A DNA stretch of 64,000 nt from Octopus sinensis (taxonomy: Eukaryota): NCBI RefSeq assembly GCF_006345805.1, contig NC_043020.1:16740001-16804000 (forward strand), given 5' to 3'. The translations under genes and the position numbers were made by a program. Within the stretch, counting starts at the first letter, position 1; each line of letters opens with the position of its first letter. Under the pieces are notes generated by a model. It was not told the origin of the DNA. It did no database searches and saw only the letters and a program-made list of their open reading frames with translations. This document shows positions 26,300 to 39,380 of this stretch, piece by piece.

Positions 26300-26910
26300 C
26301 AGTGTTTATCAACCATTTTTTAGCTACAAATCCCTTTGATTCCTATTTTACTTAGATAGATCCTCATAGCCATTTGTTGTTTAAAAAATTCCTATTATAT
26401 TTTTATAATTAAACTAGCAGTATTGCCCGGCGTTGCTCGGGTTTGTAAGGGAAATAACTATATAAGCATTTTTAGAGAGTTATAGCAAAAAAATGCATTA
26501 AAAATGATGGTAAATTTTTTTTTTAATCGTTGACTCATCGTAGACATTTTTAGAGAGTTACTTCCCTTATATAATAGCGAAAAAAATGCATTAAAATGGA
26601 AAAAAATTATGGTAAATTTTTTTTTAATCGTAGACTCATCGTAGACGTGCGCTAATACCCAGAAGGGCTCGATATGAATCACGACTATAAGATACCCGGT
26701 TTTGGTTACACTGCACCGCAAAATGTGGGAGTAGTTAGGAATCTAAATCGTAGGAGACAGACACACAACTTGACTTTTATATATAAAGATATTATTAGGA
26801 ATTGTATAAAAAATTGTTAAAATATTTTGTATATTGTAGAAGGATAAGCAATTTAATGCTCATAAATTTAAACAATAAAATCTTCCATGGAACTTGGTTG
26901 AGAACCACTG
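26300..26910. mobile_element. hAT (Charlie-like) MITE carrying a nested Helitron
   Basis: TIRs CAGTGTTTATCAACC and GGTTGAGAACCACTG; 8-bp flanks CTCTAGAG and CTTTATAG (6/8 match, NTCTAGAN-like). Confidence 0.75.
26414..26789 (-). mobile_element. Non-autonomous Helitron (same family as 10343-10722)
   Basis: A|TC start and CTAG|T end on the minus strand, same subterminal hairpin; internal duplication of the GACTCATCGTAGAC block. Confidence 0.85.
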
Positions 26911-27654
26911 CTTTATAGGGCATCTGACACTAGTAGCAAAGACAAAGGAAGGTAACCTCAGACTAGAGACTTACCCCAAATACTTTTAACAGGGTGGGCT
27001 CCACTAAAGGCACCTAAGGACTAAGGAAGGGTGGGTGGGCTTTTCTGATTAAGTCCACCCTGCAAGAAGGCCACAGTGAAATTTGAACTCAGAATGAAAA
27101 GAAATGGAACAAATACTACAAAGCATCCCGTCTGACCTTGTAACCTTGTGACCCAGTTCACACCTTAGAACGGCATTTTATTTAACAATCAGCTCTCCCA
27201 CCCCACCCCAACGCTACCACCATCACCTTCACTACCCCTGAAAGATGAAAAAACAAAGTTGATCTTGACAGGATTTGAACTCAAAATACAAGAAACCAAA
27301 GTAAATACTATAATTTTGTCTAATACTCTAAAGACTCAACCAATTTTCTGCTTAATTTGTCTGTCTGTAAAAATTGGCAATATCAGTCATTAATTAACTT
27401 TAATTTTTTTTTGGGGGTTTTTGTTTTGCTTTTTTTGTGTGTGTGTGTATTATTTATTTCCAGTTAGTTTATTAAATGTTTCATAGTAGTAAATATGTTA
27501 ATACTAACATAACTATTGCTTTTCTTGTGGATAACATCTTTTAATTAAGTAATCTCTAAATAATTTTATGTTTGGTGTGTCCATAAATTGTACAGTACTA
27601 TTTACATAATGATTTTTTTTCATCATTACTTTTGTAAATATAGTAAATGTTATG

Positions 27655-27697
27655 CTTTGCTGATGAGGTCAGAATAAAACTGAAACCCATCTATAGT
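27655..27697 (+). ncRNA. Strongly degenerate hammerhead-like motif
   Basis: CUGAUGA-GGU/cagaauaaa/ACU-GAAA-C-CCAU-C-UA; spacing is correct, but stems I and III are broken. Confidence 0.3.
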
Positions 27698-28357
27698 TAT
27701 GTTGATTTTTTTTTAATATTCTTTCTTAACTACTGATCATAAGTTCAAACCTTATTGCAGCCACTGTATTGTATATCATCATCATCATCATCATCATCGT
27801 TTAACGTCCGTTTTCCGCGCTAGCACGGGTTGGACGGTTTCGACCGGGGTCTGGGGAGCTCGGGACTGCCCCAGGCTCCAGTCTAGTCTGGCAGTGTTTC
27901 TACAGCTGGATGCCCTTCCTAACGCCAACCACTCCGCGAGTGTAGTGGGTGTTTTTTACGTGCCACCTGCACAGGTGCCAGAGGGGTCTGGCATCGGCCA
28001 CCTTGTTTAAGGCACACAAGTCAGCATGGCTGATAAATTAATATAGCAGATTCCATTCCTATTGCTCAGATAAAAAGTTAGATATAGGAAAGGTATCCAG
28101 CTGTTAAAATAATTGCACTGACACTGTGTAAACATAAACATTTCCGAAATCTCCCATTCCTGCTACCAAGAAAAAAAAATACATGATGTTAAGTAATTAA
28201 AAAAGAGTATTTTGAAAATATACATATAACTGTATATCTCTTCTCTTTTTGTCATTAAAATGTATTTTAATCTTTATTTATAATAGCTGACAAAATATCG
28301 ACAGCTTCTTTTGGTAATGGCCTACTTGAAATATTAATTTTTTTTTTCTTTTACATA

Positions 28358-28572
28358 GCAGGTGTGTCTGTGTGGTAAAAAGCTTATTTCACAACCACAT
28401 GGTTCTAGGTTCAGTCCCATTGTGTGACACCTTGGGCAAGTTTCTTCTACTATAGCCTCGGGCTGACTAAAGCCTTGTGAGTGAATTTGGTAGACAAAAA
28501 ACTGAAAGAAGCTTGTCATATATATATGTATATATGTATATATAGATATATGTATATATATATGTTATATAT

Positions 28573-28617
<45 letters not shown>

Positions 28618-28629
28618 ATATGTATATAG

Positions 28630-28719
<90 letters not shown>

Positions 28720-28730
28720 TATATGTATAG

Positions 28731-28780
<50 letters not shown>

Positions 28781-28825
28781 TATATATAATATGTATTATA
28801 TATATTATATATATATATATATATA

Positions 28826-28869
<44 letters not shown>

Positions 28870-28883
28870 TATATATATATATC

Positions 28884-28927
<44 letters not shown>

Positions 28928-28928
28928 A

Positions 28929-29027
<99 letters not shown>

Positions 29028-29038
29028 TATATGTTATA

Positions 29039-29073
<35 letters not shown>

Positions 29074-29128
29074 TAATGTATATATAATATATATATATAT
29101 ATATAATATATATATTATAATATATATG

Positions 29129-29162
<34 letters not shown>

Positions 29163-29244
29163 TGTATTATATATCTATATATGTTATATATATGTATATA
29201 TATATGTATATATATATTATATATAATGTATATATATATATATA

Positions 29245-29288
<44 letters not shown>

Positions 29289-29716
29289 ATATATGTATAT
29301 ATATATGTATATATATATGTATATATATATTATATATATGTATATATATATTGTGTATATATATGTGTATATGTATATATATATGTGTATATATATGTGT
29401 ATATAATATATATGTATATATATATGTATATATATATGTATATAATATGATATATAATATGTATATATATATGTATATATATATGTATATATATATGTAT
29501 TATATATGTATATATATATGTATATATATATGTGTATTATATATGTATATTATATATGTGTATATATATGTGTATATATATATGCATATGTATATGTGTA
29601 TATATATGTGTATATATATATGTATATTATATATGTGTATATATATGTGTATATATATATGCATATATATATGTGTATATATATGTGTAATATATATGTA
29701 TATATATATGTATATA

Positions 29717-29757
<41 letters not shown>

Positions 29758-29990
29758 TGGATAGATAGATAGATCAATAAATATATATATATATATGTAT
29801 GTGTGTCTTTGTGTCTGTGTTTGTCCCCCCCACTACCATTCGACAAACAGTGTTGGTGTGTTTACGCCCCCATAATTTAGCAATTTGACAAAAGAGACTG
29901 ATAGAATAAGTCCCAGGCTTAACAAAACATAAATACTGGGGTCAACTCTCTAATGGCTTCAGTCTAATAACTAAAACAAATAAAAGATAA
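28358..29990 (+). mobile_element. SINE family B with its internal microsatellite expanded to ~1.3 kb
   Basis: 5' half at 28358-28518, TA-rich tract at 28519-29805, 3' half (GTGTTTGTCCCCCC...ATAGAATAAG) to about 29990. Confidence 0.85.
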
Positions 29991-30066
29991 AACATACTAT
30001 TTTTTTATAAGAAAACTGATATTCTTATATAACTTTCTTAATCTTAATTCTTTTCCTTTCTTTCAG

Positions 30067-30107
30067 ACATGCCGATGGCTCAATAAAATTCTGGGATGCT
30101 TCAGCAG
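30067..30107 (+). CDS. STXBP5: Tomosyn exon (HADGSIKFWDASA)
   Basis: Acceptor ctttcag| and donor |gtattt; 41 nt; WD40 motif GHADGS(V/I)KFWD. Confidence 0.95.
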
Positions 30108-30905
30108 GTATTTAGTCATTTTTTTATTTATTTCTTCCATGCCATATTATTTTCCAGTAAACCGTTTCATTAAATTCCATTTTCTCTTGCTGAAAATCCT
30201 TTTTATGTCATTATCTGACAAGTAACCCCTGCAATTTCTAATGGTGCTAGACCACAAATATGTAGGGGATGACTCAATTGAATTGACATTAGTCTATAGC
30301 TGGTATTTATTTTATTCACCACCTACTGTGATGGACAGCAAAGTCAGCTCTTGTAAGATTTGAACAGGAAACATAATTAGATGAAACTAAATATTCCTTT
30401 CTGCTATAGACACAAGCTTGAAATTTTGGGGGAAGGGGTAAGTTGTGTATGTGTGGGGGGGGGTTTCTTTGTGTCTATATTTGTCTCCTGCCACCACTTG
30501 ACAAATTGTGTTGGTGTGCTTGCATCCCCGAAACTTAGTGGTTTGGCAAAAGGTAGTGATAGAATAAGTACCAGACTTTAAAAAAAAGTACTGGGGTCGA
30601 TTCGTAGCCACAGTCTAATGACTTAAGCAAATACAAAATAAATTTAGTAAAATATCCTTCTTGTTGATCTGCTGTTTGGAACATGAATTAGTACCGAATT
30701 TTAACTGAACATTTTGATTTAAATCACATTAAAATAAAGTTTGCATCATCAGGCAAAAGTCTTAAATCAAATTTAAATAAAGTTTGCATTCATAGGACAG
30801 GTTGATTGAATAAAAGGGTTAAATATAAACACTTCAAAATCAATGGTTATACATTGTAGTAACAGAGGCAGTCTTATGTGGTGATGGCGGTTGGTATAGA
30901 GATGA

Positions 30906-31138
30906 AGGGCGGCGAGCTGGCAGAAACGTTAGCGCGCCGGGCGAAATGCTTAGCGGTATTTCGTCTGCCGTTACGTTCTGAGTTCAAATTCCGCCAAGGT
31001 CGACTTTGCCTTTCATCCTTTCGGGGTCGATAAATTAAGTACCAGTTATGCACTGGGGTCGATGTAATTGACTTAATACCTATGTCTGTCCTTGTTTGTC
31101 CCCTCTATGTTTAGCCCCATGTGGGTAATAAAGAAATA
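30906..31138 (+). mobile_element. Young SINE family C copy
   Basis: 13-bp TSD GGTATAGAGATGA at 30893-30905 and 31139-31151; CpG-rich; ends about 135 nt upstream of the 31273 exon. Confidence 0.92.
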
Positions 31139-31272
31139 GGTATAGAGATGACCAAATAACTATTCTTCAAAATGATCTTATCTTTATTTAAAACTAATGT
31201 ATTTCCTTCTCACTCCAGACTACAGTGCTTACATCTCTTCCTTTTTTTTTTTTTTTTTTCTATTCCTAACAG

Positions 31273-31475
31273 TTACCTTACAGGTTTTATGCAAAGTAAA
31301 ATCTGCCAAATTATTTGAAAAGCCTAAATGTAAAAATTCTGATGGTAGCGACGATGATCCGTTTGCTATCCAAATGATGCAGTTGTGTCGCGAAAGTCGT
31401 TTACTATGTGTTGCTGGCGCTACGCATGTAATGCTCTTCAGGTTTGACAAACAAGAGTCTCAACATGAGGTCGTC
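31273..31475 (+). CDS. STXBP5: Tomosyn exon (VTLQVLCKVKSAKLFEKPK...DDDPFAIQMMQLCRESRLLCVAGATHVMLFRFDKQESQHEVV)
   Basis: Branch/acceptor ctaacag| after a long U tract; donor |gtaagt at 31476; 203 nt; matches TLQVLYKLK..K.FEK...DPYAIQ...ESRMLCIAG. Confidence 0.95.
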
Positions 31476-31580
31476 GTAAGTATAAGCTTTACAGATTCTC
31501 TTTCTTTGCTCTGACTTGGCGATAACAGTTTACTCTCTCTCTCTCTAAATTTATGTATATTATATGCTTCTACATTAGAT

Positions 31581-31970
31581 ACTCTTTTACTTATTTCAGT
31601 CATTTGACTGCGGCCATGCTGGAGCACCGCCTTTAGTCGAGCAAATCGACCCCGGGACTTATTCTTTGTAAGCTCAGTACTTATTCTATTGGTCTCTTTT
31701 GCCGAACCGCTAAGTGACGGGGACGTAAACACGCCAGCATCGGTTGTCAAACACAGACACACAAACATATATACACACACTTATATATATATATATATAC
31801 ATATATACGACAGGCTTCTTTCAGTTTCCGTCTACCAAATCCACTCACAAGGCATTGGTCAGCCCGGGACTATAGCAGAAGACACTTGCCCGAGATGCCA
31901 CGCAGTGGGACTGAACCCGGAACCATGTGGTTGGTTAGCAAGCTACTTACCACACAGCCACTCCTGTGCC
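31581..31970 (-). mobile_element. SINE family B, full length, antisense
   Basis: Reverse complement of the family B consensus; begins about 105 nt after the donor at 31476. Confidence 0.88.
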
Positions 31971-33469
31971 TATTAGTGTTTCGTTGTAGTGAAAGAGAGA
32001 CAAGACAAATATTAGGATGAGAAAAGGAAAAGGAGATATGCAGTATGTTTATCTAATATTGTCATATAGTAATATATGTATATGAGATTATAAATTTCTT
32101 TTTTTTTTTTAAAGGACTTATGCTAGTTTATGAAAAATTTCAAAGAGTTTCCCGTGACTATAAACATGTAAATAAGATTTAAATTATTAATTTGACATAG
32201 GGAGATATAATGTGTGGAGAGACGTATACATTAAACATTTACTGCTAATGTGAGAGGTCGAGGACTACAGCAAGCTGAAAATGTCTATCCTTGAAATAGA
32301 ATGATGTTTCAAATCAGATGTTAGAAAGAACTTCCATCTTTTAGAAGTTAACAATTTTGGGAGAGATAAATCGAAGTCATTATTTATTGATGAAATTTAA
32401 ATAAAAAAATATTTTGGAAGAGATTTGAAGATTTAGAGATAAAAATTATGAGAATTTATTGCTAAAAACTAGCTACGTGGTGAATAAAATTATTGAAAGG
32501 TTAATAATTTCAGACATAGACTCTAAGCCAAATTTTAGAGGAGAATTTAATCAATTAAATCAGCTCCGTTATTTGACTGGTACTTCTCTTTTTTCTTCAC
32601 CTGGAAAGATCAAAAGCAAAGTTTACCATAACTGGTTTTGAACTCATAATGTAAAGAGCCAAAAGAAATACCACAATGCATTTTATATGATGCTCTAACA
32701 ATTCTGCCAGTCTATAGCCTTTAGCATTTAAACCAATCATATCTGGCCTAAATATTACATCTGTTTTATGTTCAAATCAGCTAGAACCTGCATCCCACAT
32801 CTGCCCTACAATGTCATTCTAAATATAAAGAATCACATATTTGAAAGCTACAAAATAATGCATGATTAATTCAAAACAACATGAATAAAAAAGCATTACA
32901 TTTCACAGAGTAATCTGAATGCTAAAGGGTTAAAGGCTCATTATATTTATACCTATTACACATCATGCTACACACAAACACACACCCCACAAAATTGTCA
33001 AGAATTATATGCATATATGCCTGTATGTATGTATCATATATGTATATACACAAAAAAATGTAAGTATACAAATACTCACATACATAGATATGCGTAAATA
33101 AATGTGTGTTTCTATAAAACATATCATCTCATCATCATCATCATCATTTAATGTCCGTTTTCCATGCTAGCATGGGTTGGACGGTTCGACTGGGGTCTGG
33201 GAAGCCAGGAGGCTACACTAGGCTCCAGTTTGATCTGGTAGTGTTTCTACAGCTGGATGCCCTTCCTAATGCCAACCACTCCGTGAGTGTAGTGGGTGCT
33301 TTTTACGTGCCACTGGCATAGGAGCCAGAGGAGGCTGGCAACGCGCGATCAGTTGGTGCATTTTACGTGCCACCGGCACGGATGCCAATTAGGGCGGCAC
33401 TATATATGCACACATATACACATACACAAAATTCTCGAGGATTGCACATACATTCACTCATCCATGATG

Positions 33470-33512
<43 letters not shown>

Positions 33513-33534
33513 ACATTCATACCTACTTGCGCAT

Positions 33535-33765
33535 AGGTGGCGAGCTGGCAGAAACGTTAGCGTGCCGGGCGATATACTTAGCCGTATTTCGTCTGTCGTT
33601 ATATTCTGAGTTCAAATTCCGCGGAGTCGACTTTGCCTTTCATCCTTTCAGGGTCGATAAATAAAGTACCAGATTCGCACTGGGATCGATGTAATTGATT
33701 TAATCCCTTTGTCTGTCCTTGTTTGTCCCCTCCATGTTTAGCCCCTTGTGGATAGTAAAGAAATA
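33535..33765 (+). mobile_element. SINE family C copy
   Basis: Matches 30906-31138. Confidence 0.85.
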
Positions 33766-34132
33766 CATATGTAAAATATAGTACACACACACACACACCA
33801 CGTGTTTAGACATACCTTAAATAAAATTATGCCCACACTTCTTGGATATGTTTACATTAGTAACCATGTAATATTATGTTCTATTATACCCAATTACCTG
33901 CTAACTGTTGCTGTTTCTAATCAGTGTAAGTAGAATTTTCCTACACCCAACATTAACTCAAATTCTTGTAATTGTATCAACCCCAATAATTATCTTCTGA
34001 ATTCCAAGTACCCACTTACATATTATGTACACTAAGCAATAGTTGAAACAAACGATTTTGCTAGGCGTACATTAACCTCCCTTTGAACTCAGTAAAATTT
34101 CAATACCACCAACATGTCTATACATTACATAA

Positions 34133-34523
34133 GGTGGAGGCGCAATGGCCCAGTGGTTAGGGCAGCGGACTCGCGGTCGTAGGATCGCAGTTTCGATTCC
34201 CAGACCGGGCGTTGTGAGTGTTTATTGAGCGAAAACACCTAAAGCTCCACGAGGCTCCGGCAGGGATGGTGGTGATCCCTGCTGTACTCTTTCACCACAA
34301 CTTTCTCTCACTCTTACTTCCTGTTTCTGTTGTACCTGTATTTCAAAGGGCCGGCCTTGTCACTCTCTGTGTCACGCTGAATATCCCCGAGAACTACATT
34401 AAGGGTACACGTGTCTGTGGAATGCTCAGCCACTGACACGTTAATTTCACGAGCAGGCTGTTCCGTTGATCGGATCAACCGGATCCCTCGTCGTCGTAAC
34501 CGACGGAGTGCTTCCATCCATCC
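34133..34523 (+). mobile_element. Young full-length tRNA-derived SINE (family A)
   Basis: A box TGGCCCAGTGG, B box GTTTCGATTCC, (TCCA)n tail, 11-bp TSD ACATTACATAA at 34122-34132 and 34524-34534. Older relatives lie near 36040-36340 and 48790-48965(-). Confidence 0.93.
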
Positions 34524-35021
34524 ACATTACATAACCAAAATTGAAGTAACATCACATTGTTATCAAAATTAAAAAGAGAGTTGTGGAGGCCTCCACAACC
34601 ATGGCAAGACAATTTAGTTTAGCAATTTAGGTTAAGATGGAAAACAATGGTAAAAATCAAGACAGAACTGGAAACACACAGTGACCAGTACTGTATAACA
34701 GCACTTGATGGTCGGGCCAGTACCGTGATTCTGTGATATATGGATATAGGTATATTTATATATATATATTAACAGTTTGATTTGAAAACCCCACTAGAAT
34801 GGGAGAAAGCGCTAATACATAATCTAAGTTATATGATGTATAAAAAATGTAATATACAAATAAATATCTGTAAATATAAATCATCCAATTTTCTGAGTAC
34901 CTCATTTCTTCTAATATAAAATACCTGTACATCATCTCCAAACCTTTCAATATATATATTAACATATATATATATATATATAGATAGATAGGTAGATAGA
35001 TTTATATTTATATATATATAC

Positions 35022-35077
<56 letters not shown>

Positions 35078-35486
35078 GAGCAAAACGCCCCCCCCCCCCG
35101 TCCAATGGATGGTGCTGAGTTGTCAAACATTTAAACCAAATTTTCTCAAAACAACTTGTCTGACCGCCCATAGGCCTCCTCTTTGAGAAATACTGATTTA
35201 ACCTAAATTTGAGACACTGAACAAGCCGGCTTTTTTTGCGCAAACTCCACATGCATTTTTCTCGTGTATGCGTAGTATCGATCGCAACAGCTGATGTACT
35301 TGCGCATAGAAATGCAAGTTCCCATGGCATTAACGATCACATTCTTACCTGGAATCGATTTTTGTAATTTTTTCAAGACTTATACATGCCCTGATACCAT
35401 CGGTATCTACATATCAAATTTGAGCACAATCGGATGGTGGATGTCCGATATCCTAGAAGACACACACACACAGACAGACTGGATTT

Positions 35487-35528
<42 letters not shown>

Positions 35529-35713
35529 TTATATTAAGGGCATTACTATACATAAATACCTCACGCTAGGAGGGACTCTTAAAGTCAAAACTACCATAAT
35601 AAATATTATAAGAAATATGAGGCATTTATGTATAGTAATGCCTTTAATAAAGTAAATATATTTAAGAGGAATAATTGATGGGTTTTTCTTATAAAGATTT
35701 TATCCTATTTTTC

Positions 35714-35786
<73 letters not shown>

Positions 35787-37646
35787 TATTTATATATATA
35801 CAAAACACCTTGTGTATGTATGTATGTATTGTTGATCTATGAGAGTTGTTTTTTGGCAAGAACTTGGCTTATGAAGAGTCCAGAATGGGCAAGACAGGTG
35901 TCTAACTTCTTTCCATTAATAGCTTTTCCAATGGCACTGGTTGTAGTCATAGGAAGATGTCTTAGTCTAAGGAAGCATATGTTTTTGTGGTAGTTGTTCT
36001 TTGCTTTACATTATGGACCTTGTTGGTGATGATGAGGATGTGCGGCTTAGTGGTTAGGGTATTCAGCTCACAATCCTAAGGTCGCGAGTTCAATTACTAG
36101 CAGTACATTCTGTCCTTGAGCAAAACACTTTATTTCATGCTTTTCCAGTTTACTCAGCTGGCAAAAATAAGGTGTACCTGTAATTCAAAGGACCAACCTT
36201 ATCAGATTCTGTGTCACTGAACTCCCCTGAAAACTACATGTCTGTGGAGTTCTCAGCCACTTGCACGTTAATTTCATGAGCAGGCTGTTCCAGTGATCAG
36301 ATCAACAAATGTCATCATAACCAATGGAGTTCCAGTTGTTGGTGATCAATGAGAGATGTTGGTATCCATTATTTGTCAAAATGTTTTTTGGAAATACAGT
36401 GTAAATGGCTCTGTTGTTTTGCATTTCAACATCTGCTACGAATGCAAGCAAATTCATTTTTGATGTAGTTGTGCTTGACACTGCTGAGAAATAGTAATTT
36501 AAAATGTATGAAAAAGTCTCTGCAGGCTATTTTCTTGCAGAATCATGTGATAACACTTCCTCCTAAAAAGCTGAGTATGAAGTCAAATAGGAGGAGAGCT
36601 CCTGCTTCTTTGAAATGTTCAATAAGGAAATCAATATTATTGAATACTTGCTTCATTACAATTCACACCAGTGTGAACCCATAATCATTTAAATGTATTT
36701 TAAAGTGTCTATCTATATGTGTACAAATCTATCTATCTATCTATCTGTGTGTGTGTACTAGCTACAACCTTTAATAATTTCATTTAATCATTAACCTTTA
36801 ATAATTTCAATTATCGTCAGCTGATAGCTAGAATTGAACTCTTATAATCCAAAACTTGTAACTCATTTCTTACAAAATATTTTTTAATTTTACATATAAT
36901 TATTTGTTTATCTCTCCCTAATTTTGTTAATTTCTCACAGATGGTATTTCTTACCAACAAAATCTTCATTTCAGATGAAATCCCTATTTAAGATACTTCA
37001 TCATTCTCAGCTTTCTCTGTTTCTCAAATTAGCTGTAAACTTCTTAACATATACATCTTTTCATGAATTAATTCTCCATCTCAAATTACTTCAAATCTTA
37101 TTGACATACTTACATTTATATAAACATATACATACATATATATATTTATTTACATACTTGTGTGTGTGTATATATACATATATGTGTGTGTGTGTGTGTG
37201 TGTATAATCAAAATAAGCAACAGGATATCAAGAAGTGATGCAGTACGACTGTTTCAAGCAGCTCCATTTAATTTAATAATGCAATCATTACATCAACTTA
37301 AATGCAGGGCTATCCTCAGCTGCACAAATAAATAGATAGAGTTTTAATCAGTCAGGCACATTAATATAATTTTACTCAAATACTCTAATAGAGCATGAAG
37401 ATAGAAAAAATCCATGTTGTCGCTATGTAGGAGTGGCTGTATGGTAAGTAGCTTGCTTACCAACCACATGGTTCTGGGTTCAGTCCCACTGCATGGCACC
37501 TTGGGCAAGTGTCTTCTACTATAGCCTCAGGCTGACCAAAGCCTTGTGAGTGGATTGGTAGACAAAACTGAAAGAAGCCCGTTGTATATATGTATATGTG
37601 TGTGTATATTGTTTGTGTGTCAGTGTTTGTCCCCCTATATATATAT

Positions 37647-37681
<35 letters not shown>

Positions 37682-38399
37682 CTACATATATATGTGTGTG
37701 TATCTATAAATGTATACATATATGTGTGTATATATATACGTATATATATATATATATATATAATTAAGATTCAGTTGAATTAGGTACTTAAGTTTAGGCA
37801 CCAAGTCAGTCTGGTATCATCCGCACTGCTCGAAGTTAGGTGAATAAAAAGCAAATAAGTAACAAGGATGTGAAGGCATTAGTCTGCTACGGCCATTTCA
37901 GGTGGCTCCATTTAATCGACAAATGCAAGCATTACATCAATTTGAAACACAGCGCCTTCCTCGGATGCATAAGACCATATAGGTTTTCAACATACAGGAT
38001 ACTCCATTATAATTTTTTATTAAATATTTCATCAAAACTAGAGAATAAAAGAGTTACATGCTACAATAATAGCAAGAAGCATGTAATTCTTTTATTCTCT
38101 ACTTCTGATGAAATATTTGCTAAAAATTATAATGGAGTATCCTGTATGTTGAAAATTGCACCATCAAAATGATGGGTGCATTTGCTAGTATATATATATA
38201 TATGTGTGTGTGTGTATGTATATATATATATATGTATATATGTGAAGGTGCATGGCTCAGTGGTTGGAGCATCGAGCTTACGATCGTGAGGTTCTGAGCT
38301 TGAATCCCGGACCGAGCTGCATGTTGTGTTCTTGAGCAAGACACTTTATTTCATGTTGCTCCAGTTCACTCAGCCTCTTGATGTGCTTTAATGTACACG

Positions 38400-38501
38400 A
38401 TATTTATATATATATACACACACACACACATATATGTATATGTATGTATATATATGTATATATCTGTATGTATGTATTTATATGTATATATATGTATGTA
38501 A

Positions 38502-38534
<33 letters not shown>

Positions 38535-38569
38535 TATATGTATATATATATATATATATGTATATATTT

Positions 38570-38602
<33 letters not shown>

Positions 38603-39073
38603 GTATTTATTTACATGTATATATATGTATTTATTTACATGTATATACATGTATGTATTTACATGTATATATATGTATGTATTTACATGTATATATATGT
38701 ATGTATTTACATGTATATATATGTATGTATTTACATGTATATATATGTATGTATTTACATGTATATATATGTATGTATTTACATGTATATATATGTATGT
38801 ATTTATATGTATATATATGTATGTATGTAAATATATATCTATCTATCTATATATGTTTATATATATATATATGTATATATGTATATATATATGTATGTAT
38901 ATATATGTATATATGTATATATGTATGTATATATGTATGTATATATATGTATGTATGTATATATGTATGTATATATATATATGTATATGTATGTATGTAT
39001 GTATGTATATATATATGTATATATGTATGTATGTATATATATATATGTATGTATGTATATATATGTATATATG

Positions 39074-39132
<59 letters not shown>

Positions 39133-39230
39133 GTATATATATGTATGTATGTATATATATGTATATATCTGTATGTATGTATTTATATGTATATATATGT
39201 ATGTATGTATTTATATATATATATATATAT
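38400..39230. repeat. Compound TA/TATG microsatellite including a 24-nt minisatellite (38605-38810)
   Basis: Repeated unit TTTACATGTATATATATGTATGTA; explains the spurious (HVYICMYL)n ORF. Confidence 0.95.
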
Positions 39231-39380
39231 AGCCTCAGGATTCTTGAAATTTTCTACAAACTATTTATATATTTATTATTTTAAACATATAATCACATAC
39301 ATATGTGAGATAAATAGATGACAATATTAGATTACAATGGAATTACTACAAGACAATATCAAATTACTATATGACAATTA

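Noticed and set aside
32150-32450. Possible LINE C-terminal remnant (CGETYT..HL motif); similar weak hints at 24850-25150 and 52740-53090
   Set aside because: Too decayed to assign a family without a database search.
34133-34210. Functional tRNA gene
   Set aside because: The tRNA-like region continues into a SINE body with a tail and TSD; no acceptor-stem closure or terminator.
36770-36825. Minus-strand CTGACGA-TAATT-GAAA
   Set aside because: There is no stem II between the core halves and no stem III.
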